Source of the DNA: Octopus sinensis
Lineage: Eukaryota
Assembly (NCBI RefSeq): GCF_006345805.1
Contig: NC_043014.1
Coordinates: forward strand, 29,698,001 to 29,762,000
Direction of reading: 5' to 3'
DNA: 64,000 nucleotides
Shown here: one piece after another, positions 55,117 to 64,000 of the stretch
Numbering within the stretch: position 1 is the first letter of the stretch
How the letters are laid out: each line of letters starts with the position of its first letter
Notes under the pieces: model-generated
What the model was told of the DNA's origin: nothing
Seen by the model: only the letters and a program-made list of their open reading frames with translations
Databases searched by the model: none
Translations under genes and position numbers: made by a program

Positions 55117-56407
55117 AAGTGAAATTAGTAGTCTTGTATTATATTTTATGCGCTGTCAATGACCACACAGCTGCTACTGTCTAATCGGCAGTAAATGTAC
55201 TACTGGATGAGCACTAGAAGGAAAAGAGAAAAAAATAGAGGAAAAGAAACAAGAAAGACATTTCCTGTCCCCAACCACTTACAGTATTGCCTTTACATCA
55301 TACTTAAGGACTTGAGATACACGTAACATTTAGATGGATGACTTTGGAAATGATGATAGAAACTGAGGGAGGGATCTAAAGTGCAACATGAAACAACATG
55401 ATTGAATAATGTATGAGTTATTTAATTTCATCTTAATTCATTTTCACAAATCTAAATTAGATGTTTATTTTCTTTCATGTAATTTTTTATTTATTTTCCC
55501 ATTTGTATCTTGAAAATCATGTTCATTGTTCAAATTTCTAGCCTGTATGTCTTATTTTATTCAATTCCCACTTATTCAATCACAACTTTTAGTAGTTTTT
55601 TATTTCTTTTAATTGTAGCTTTACCAAAACATTATTGCTTTAGATATTTAGTTCCTTATTATTTAAATCTACCAATACTCTAGATATATTTTATTCATTC
55701 TCAGTTATTTTTTTTTTAACTATATTATTGATAATTACATTTAAGATATCAAATAAGTGTTTTGTTGTTGTTGCTGTCATTATCATCATCATTTATCATC
55801 ATCATCATCATCATCATAATCATCATCATTAAAAGAACCAATATTGGGAATATAAGGTGTAAGTAATATTTTAAATAATTTAGAACTTTGGATTAAAAAA
55901 AACAAACTATTAATTGATTTTTGTCATTATTATATGGATTAAAAAATTCATTGAAATATTTCAAAGTTTCAATACTCAGAATACACAATGTTAAAGAAAT
56001 TCATTTTAAATAAATAACATTAAATAATAACCATTATTTATTGATCAATAAACTTTATAAGTGAAATTATTATCGTGTATTTGTTGTATTTTCTTTGTTA
56101 AATATATTTCTATTGTATCTTTCTAATCTCCCTATAAGTAATTGGCAAAAATTAGAGATTCTGTTAAAATACAAGTTTTGAGAATTGTTTCCAAAAATGT
56201 ATTTTGGTAAAATGTGTTGGTTCATGTCAATTATAATTGGCATCATTGTATGATTATACCATTAATTGTCTATGTGCAAATAGATAGCTCATATTTTTCT
56301 TCATCTCCCCTTTCTCTCCTAAATTTTATATAAAGTCAAAAAAATCTCTTTCCCTATTCTTGCATATATGTGAAATACTAAGCTGACAACGAGGAGAAAA
56401 GTTTATG

Positions 56408-56491
56408 ACCCCAGACTGAGGTAGTAGGTTGTATAGTTAAGAAATACACCATTTCAAGGAGAACTGTACAACCTTCTAGCTTTCCCTGGGG
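56408..56491 (+). ncRNA. let-7: let-7 precursor hairpin; mature 5p 56417-56438, star about 56464-56485
   Basis: Exact canonical mature TGAGGTAGTAGGTTGTATAGTT. Star CTGTACAACCTTCTAGCTTTCC; basal CCCCAG/CTGGGG stem; GGAG in the loop (56458-56461); CNNC motif CAAC at 56502-56505, 17 nt after the 3p end. Confidence 0.99.
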
Positions 56492-59400
56492 CATGAATGA
56501 GCAACACTTAAACACATCTATTCTGGCGTTTCAGCAACGCTGAATGCATCATTGTTTATCCGTCTACCAGTTACAATAATTGCAGGCAAATCTCATGCAG
56601 TCCTGTCCTGAATTTAAAATATATAAATAAAATGAGTAGAGGCTGCTTTTGGTTGTGTCAGATTTGTTAGCTGGCATTTAATGAAAAATTTTTTTATATT
56701 TGTCATTTTTTTTATATATTTGCAAAGATGATCATGAATATTATGAAATTGTTTTCAATGTTTGCTTATTTATTTTTTCACATTATTTTTATTTATATTA
56801 TGACACTTAATATCTTTCTGTACATTATAATAGCTATAATTGAAACATTGACTATTTTTCACTGTTTGCTAAGTTACTGCTTTATTAGCTTCTTATTTTA
56901 TTAAATTCAGCTACATTAAAGTTTTAAATTTCTAACTATTACTTCAAAATAGTTTTCGTTTAACAAGAATAAATGTGCTTGGATTATAATTTTAATTTTT
57001 AAGCAATAATCTAATTTAAATTATTTTTTTAATTACAGAATTAAAAATCCCTTTTTATGGAAATTTTACCAACCTCTCCTCCCTAATTTTTCCATGTTAT
57101 TGAAAAAAATTGTATAAATTAAAATTTTTATTTGTAATAATTGCAAAAATTTTTTAATATAAAGAAAACTTTATTCTGTTATCAGTACTATTAATATTTT
57201 TTATTCGAATTTGTTGATAGAAAAAGCATAATTTAAGTTATTGTAAATTTTTCATTTTAGAACATAATTCCTTTGCAAAATTAAGGCAAAAATCCTGGAT
57301 ATTCCATACTAAAATATGTTAAACAAATAAATTACTTTTATCAAAGTAATCTTCAAGTTCATTTTATATTATTTTGGTTCTGCTAAATAATAGATTTGGT
57401 AAATGATGAGATTTATATTTAAAAAAAAAAGCCTATTTATTTGATACCTAGTTTATTTAATAATTGGCTAATTTTCATAGCTGTTTTACTGAAACTAATT
57501 TTAGTTGATTTATTTATTACTGTTTAATTTGTCCAGTTAAGAATTTAAGGAGTAAAAGGTTTATTTTTCATTTTACGTCATAAGTCTCTCATTGATTTTC
57601 AATTCAAAGCAACTATTAGTCTTTTCCAGAGAAAAAAAAAAGATTATATATATATAAACATATATATAGTTCTTTCCAGCAAACCAGGATGTTTCCAGCA
57701 TTGTCTTTTTTTACCTCTTTTGAAGCAAGTGCTACTATTATTCACCAGCTGTTAACCTGGAATGATATGATTTATTGTACTGTTGGTGTCTGCAATTCAA
57801 TTAAAAGTAAGTACAGTTTCTTCATATCCATATTTTTTCTCCTCTCTGATTTAATGTTGTTTTCTATGCTTAAGGGGGTTTCACACATGTACTTTAGCAG
57901 AATTCATTAAATAATTACTCAAAATCAGTATAATCCTCCATTTGATGTCTTTAGTTCTTTTGCCTTTGTGTGAAGATGCTTCATTTACAGTTTATGGTTC
58001 CTATATTCTCATAGATTCTTTTATAACTATTGCCACATGTTTTGTGAAAAAAATAGACCATTTAGTTTGGGAATTAGATATTGAATTACTATCCTTTCAA
58101 TATTAAAAATTTCTTTGGAACTTTGTTTATTTCATAATGAACATTGAAAGAATGTGGTAGAACTTTGTATATTGCAACATATTGTATGATTTGCATATCC
58201 TTTAACTTTCCTGCAATTGATAAATTATATATTCATGTATGTTAGAATGATGGTGTGTGTGTGCATGCATGCATGCAGATGTATGGCTTAGTAGTTAGGG
58301 TGTTGCACTCATGATTATAAGATTGTGCTGTTTTGATTTGTGGACAAAGCAACACATGTTCTTGAGCAAAGTACTTCATTTCACATTGCTCCAGTCCACT
58401 CAGCTGGTGAAAATGGGTAATCCTGCAACAGACCAGCATCATGTCTGGCAGGTGGAGAGTATACACAGAATCTGGAAAACCAGCCTTATAAGCCCATGGC
58501 TTTTTGATATATATATGAGAGAAAGAGAAGGAGAAAGAAAAAGAAATAAATAGTTTAAATATAAAGTTTTTTGGTGATTGTTGTTACACATTGCGTACTT
58601 TTTTAATGCCTCAGAAGTTGACTCTAGAAAACACTAAACTATTCTGTTTCCTAAAGCATACTTTGTTAAGTATATTTGATACATTTTGTATGGAAAAATT
58701 CTAAGTGTACGTGTATTTATTTTAAATATGTGAGAAAGAGAAAAGTTATATAATAAATGCAATAAAAAGATATAAAGGCAACCTTTAGTTATTGTTTAGT
58801 AATTCCTCATCAGTGTCCATATAGTGGTAGGTGATCAGATAAAGCATTCAGTTGCTGTTTCTTGTTATCATTTTTATCCTAAAATTCCATGTGGAACCAT
58901 TTCAAAGATGATAGGATTTTTTCTTCTTTGTGGTCATGGTGGGGGAGTATTACTGCCGCAATAACTTCTGTCGCAAGACTTCTCGACAACAATTTGCTTT
59001 GTTGAATGGTTAGCTCCTTCCATTTTCACTTTTAATAATTATGTGCCATAGAGAAACTTCAACAAACTGGAATGGGGATTATATGTTTGAAATATTACAT
59101 AAAACAAATTTTGATAATACTAATAAAGCCTGTCACTATAAACCACAAAATAGACAAAAATTTAAGTAAGGGATCTTTTCAGGTACAATAATAAATGTCA
59201 ACATAACTAGGAAATGTTCAGTGTGAAATAATTATCTTAAAATTGCAAATGTGATGAGAATTTGAATTGTAATGGTTTTTCAGAAGTTTAAAAAGCATAC
59301 TGAATGTAAATTAATAGTTTTTATTTAGAAGTGACTAATTTTTAGAAGAAATCTTTATTGGCAATATAAAAGTAAGCATTAGAAACATCTATTTCAGACA

Positions 59401-59869
59401 GAAAACTCACTTCTTTATTCCATAATTTTATGCATCATCATCATCATCATTCAACACCTGCCTTCCATACTCTGGCATGGGTTGGATAGTTTGACATGGA
59501 GCTGGCTAGCTGGGGCTGTCCAGGCTCCTATTGTCTACACAGCACCAACATGGGTGCTTTTCCCTGTATGAGTGGAAGACAATGATTTTACTTAGCTAGA
59601 AGAGAGACGGTAATGAAATTAATAAATTTGTATTCAAATATAGCTGTAGGCGTAATGCAATACATTCGATATGACAGTTTGCCAGGCATTATAGAACAGG
59701 AGGAATTACTCGCATACGTTACGGATGAACGCCCCGGATAGTACAATTGTAATTGTAAATGAATCTGCAAGCTTTGGGGGGCTCGTAAGCCATTTCATTT
59801 AATTCATTATAAATATTTCATTTCATACCATCCTTTCTGTATTTTTGTTATATGTACCCCATGTCCTGT

Positions 59870-60090
59870 ATTGTATTGTTATGTCCCCTCTTCATTCGGG
59901 CCATCGTGCCTATAATAAAGATTTCTGTCATTTCCTCAGTGCAGCCCAGTGTCTGAAAATCCTTTTTCACCACTTCATCCCATGTCTTCCTAGGTACCCC
60001 TTCCATAGGTACCCCCCACAATTTGGGTTCAGCACATCTTTATGCATTTGTCCTCGTTCATATGCATCATATGACCAAACTAGTGCAGTT
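59870..60090 (-). mobile_element. RTE-clade LINE 3' end relic
   Basis: Minus translation FGHMMHMNEDKCIKMC..GVPRKTWDEVVKKDFQTLGCTEEMT, the typical RTE RGRPRKTW end. Confidence 0.75.
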
Positions 60091-62103
60091 TTATACATAT
60101 ATAATAATCCTTTCTACTATGGGCACAAGGCCTGAAATTTTAGGGGAGGGGACTAGTTAATTACATTGAGCCCAGTGTTTCACTGGTACTTAATTTATCT
60201 ACCCTGAAAGGCAAAATCAACCTCGGCGGAATTTAACTTGGCATTTCATTCTTTTGGCTTCAATAAATGAAACACTAGGGTCAATGTAATTGACAATAAC
60301 AATAATAATAATCATTGTTTTCACATCCACTTTTCTATGCTTGCATGGGTCAGACAGAATTTGTTGAAGCAGATTTTCTACTGCCTGTTTCCAAGTATGG
60401 CAATATTTTCCTGACAAAATTTTGATTGGCCCAGGGCTATAGTAGTAAATACTTTCCCAAGGTGAATATAGAAAAGGTAAATAAAAAGTAACTTGCAATT
60501 ACAAAACTGATATGAAGGCCAGCTTCAGAAATCCAGTATAACAGAATCTTGTTATATGAGCCACAACAGCTGTGAGATTCATGTGATTGTCTCTTGAACC
60601 CATTGTTGATTGTTTAGCTTGAGTTGTGTCCTTGGGATCCAGATGTCTCAGTATGTTTAGCTGGCAAACTGCTGCTACCATTCCTATGTCACAGCTAAGT
60701 AGTTAGTGAAAGGGAGGGTAGCTGTATGAACATCTGCTCTGATAATGTGCAAGTGGTTCGATTGAGAGGGTATTTCTATATGGTCACTCAATCTAATAGA
60801 TTTAACTGAAATCATATTCTGTATTTTTAAAATTAAAAGATCCATAAGATGATGAGACTAGAAAATGAATGGAATAGTCAATTCTGGAATACTTTGATCA
60901 TAAGTCTGCTCATTTAGAGCTGACAAAGAGTTAGCAAAACAAAATAGAAATATGTAAATATCCCAATTTAAAACTCAAACACATGAACATTTTGTGTGTG
61001 TTTGTATTTATGTGCTTGAAAGAATGTTGCTCCTGTAACTGATGAGGGCAAAATTCACCCATACATTCACAGACATGTATAAAATAATTCCAGTCAAATA
61101 TTAAAATCTATCAGTACTCAGTATCTATCATGATTGCTATATGTTATCATACATCCAACATGTGTATTTTGGTACAAAAAAATAAATAAATCACTGTGTC
61201 ATCAACAAAGGCAGTTATACTCTAAACTTAATGCTATAAGTGACTGACTACATCCTCAGCACAAACAAGACTTGTAAGTAATAGCAGACCATAGTTTTTC
61301 ATGCCTTGCTTGTTACTAAGTTGATCATACAATGCAGATAATAGGCTTAGTGTGTAGAATCTCTGTAATATTTCACTAAACTTTTTCTGCTCCCGTCGTT
61401 AACATTATTAATATATTATGGACACCCTTCTAACGTTTCTTTTGTATCCTTATTAGGCTTTGGAGCTGCTTGACTAAATATTTTAGTCTTCATCGAATTC
61501 ACATAGGCTCCTTTACTCATCTTACATTTACCATATTTTTTTACTTTCAATTGCATCTTATTAGTTTGATTTTGCTGGTCAGTTGTCTACACGAATGCCC
61601 AAAGCCATCTAAGATTTTTAATTCTTCTGTAACTCTACTTGAACATTTACCTCTTTATCATGCATTCCACTAATCCTAAACTTACATTTAAATCCTTATA
61701 CATCTATCTTATAAGACATTCAACCACATTTAACTTTCTCAGTTCTCCAAGTTGTCAAAAATATGATTTAATTTTTCTCCTTTATTTTTTCCATAATCAA
61801 AATAAATTATATATTTATGCTGGCTTCATGATTTTCAAACATCTGATATTTCATTGTTTGCATTTGATCAAGTAAAATAAATATTATTTCCAAAATTATT
61901 GCCAAAATATTTATCTCTGATATCATTCTAATAATTTCTCATGTCAAGCATTATAGTGTTGAAAGCAAGCTTGCCAATGAAGACCAAGTTTTAATGTCTA
62001 GTTGAAGCCAATATACTTGCACAAAATGTGCTGTAATTCTTAAGGAAAGGCGTAATCTTTAAAACCCATGTTTAATTGTAGAAGTTGATAAGGAATTATT
62101 TAT

Positions 62104-62473
62104 AGGCACAGGAGTGGCTGTGTGGTAAGTAGCTTGTTTACCAACCACATGGTTCCGGGTTCAGTCCCACTGCGTCGCACCTTGGGCAAGTGTCTTCTAC
62201 CATAGCCTCGGGCCGACCAAAGCCTTGTAAGGGGATTTGGTAGACGGAAACTGAAAGAAGCCCGTCATATATATGTATATATATATATGTGTGTTTGTCC
62301 ACTAGCATTGCTTGACAACCGATGCTGGTGTGTTTATGTCCCCGTCACTTAGCGGTTCAGCAAAAGAGACCGATAGAATAAGTACTGGGCTTACAAAGAA
62401 TAAGTCCCGGGGTCGAGTTGCTCGATTAAAAGCGGTGCTCCAGCATGGCCACTGAAACAAGTAAAAGAGAAAG
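62104..62473 (+). mobile_element. SINE family B, young copy
   Basis: GGCACAGGAGTGGCTGTGTGGTAAGTAGCTTG...CAGCATGGCCACTGAAACAAGTAAAAGAG. Confidence 0.92.
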
Positions 62474-64000
62474 AGAAATGCCTCTGTGTTACATTTGTCC
62501 TTTCGGGATACATTTTCATATATTTTTAATATAATTTAAATACAAAGGTCTAGGGTAATATTCTTAATAAATTTATGCATTTATGTAAGATATTTCTTTC
62601 AAGATATTCATTGTGCATTATTGATTGTTTTTCATCTGTTATATGTAACACACTCTGGAAAGGCATTAAGACCATAAAAATTTGAAATGTGACATAATAA
62701 TTAGATTTAATTAATATTTTCCTTGTAAATATGATGATTTAGGCAATGAAACTAATCAAATGAAGATTTTATACAATTTGGATCCTACGGAATACTTGCT
62801 TAAATGGAGGTTGAATATTTATATATTTGTTTGGAGAGAGTGGGGTGCAGTGAACCCATGCATACATAGTATACAAGTAAACACACACACACACACACAT
62901 ATATATATTATGGGTGAAGTAAGGAAGTGAAAATCAATACATTGTTTAAAAGTTTGTACATGTCTCAGTTGTTAGTTTAGTTTCTTAGAGATTTTAACCT
63001 CCCACACACCTTCCAATCTCTTATCCTACTGCTGGGTGATACTACTCAACTGTATTGTAAGAAACATCTGCTTTAAGTTGGGTAGCGTTTCTTCTTTAAT
63101 CAAGGATAAAATTGAATCTAAAAACAATAATCCTAAATGCAGTGCCATAATTGTTAGAAGTTTTATCCTGGTAGCTATTGTTATTTCTTCACAATCAAAG
63201 CTTTTATATTATATTGAAAAGAGAACACTGCTGTGATTTGTACAATGACAAAGTGATTTTTATGGAAATTGAGCTTGATGGCTTGATTAACACCACTGAA
63301 AAATGATGTTTGTCATAGAATTTTGAGGTATGTTCTAGTTACTTACAGTGTTTTAACAACCAATAATTGCTTAATATAGAAATTTAATTAATTCCAGCTG
63401 AAGATTTTTTATCACTAGACAGCTTCAAAAATAAATATTATGTTTTGATATCTCGGTTACATTGTAAGATTTGTTATATTTAGATATTCATTGACACATA
63501 AAATTGCAAATAATTGTGATACTACAAAATCGTTTCATCTAGTCTTAAATATTCCTTATTGGCTAATGTATTAGCCTTGCGCATTGAAACAGTTAAAGTA
63601 CAGTTTCATATTCATAAATTTTCTTAATTTTTTAGCCTCTAAGAAATGTCATTGAAGCTTCAAAATGTAGTGCTTTTTATTTTAATAATTTACCTTCATG
63701 TTTTTTATTTATGTATATTGGATGATTGTGCAGATCTTCCACATCCCATTTTGTGGGCTGACTAGACATATATTGCTGGAAACATTACAGGACTTGTCCT
63801 TTATTTAGTGACCAGAAGAGGTCTTATTTCAGATCATGGATCACAATACCCTTCTCCCTACATTGAAGTTCTGATGTGTTTCATATGTGAAACTACTAAC
63901 ACAGTTTTAAAAACAGAGTTCACAGAAACATTCATCTTTACTTCAAATACTGGTGTCTGTAATGTCTAATGTCCATTAAAATATTTACTGAGAAAGAAAA

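Noticed and set aside
474-63236. Six-frame ORF track entries (60-122 aa) as genes
   Set aside because: They are low-complexity, SINE-derived or TE fragments; none resembles an intact cellular protein.

Overview
AT-rich, repeat-dense eukaryotic DNA. The SINE families and (TA)n/(CA)n/(ATT)n microsatellites suggest an octopus (coleoid cephalopod) genome; this is inferred, not database-checked. No intact protein-coding gene can be supported: the listed ORFs are chance frames or transposon relics. The recognisable core is the mir-100/let-7 cluster on the + strand: a well-folding mir-100-family hairpin at 55033-55116 and a perfect let-7 hairpin at 56408-56491. I could not find miR-125 in the window. 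A CpG-richer promoter-like start (about 280-659) and several short exon-like segments suggest a long, probably non-coding host transcript of about 55 kb. The rest is at least five SINE families, including opposed head-to-tail arrays, plus relics of mariner DD34D, maT DD37D, Tigger-like, RTE, CR1-like, REL-type non-LTR and Penelope-like elements. Most interesting: (1) the miR-100 mature sequence has three non-seed substitutions, and its hairpin is bracketed by a branch point, pyrimidine tract, an AG inside the mature miRNA and a GT donor in the basal stem, suggesting splicing could uncouple miR-100 from let-7; (2) a let-7 seed match lies just upstream of that hairpin; (3) a minimal type-I hammerhead ribozyme fold with a variant core (CCGACGA) sits on the minus strand at 37263-37321; (4) large inverted SINE arrangements could make dsRNA for ADAR editing in the primary transcript.
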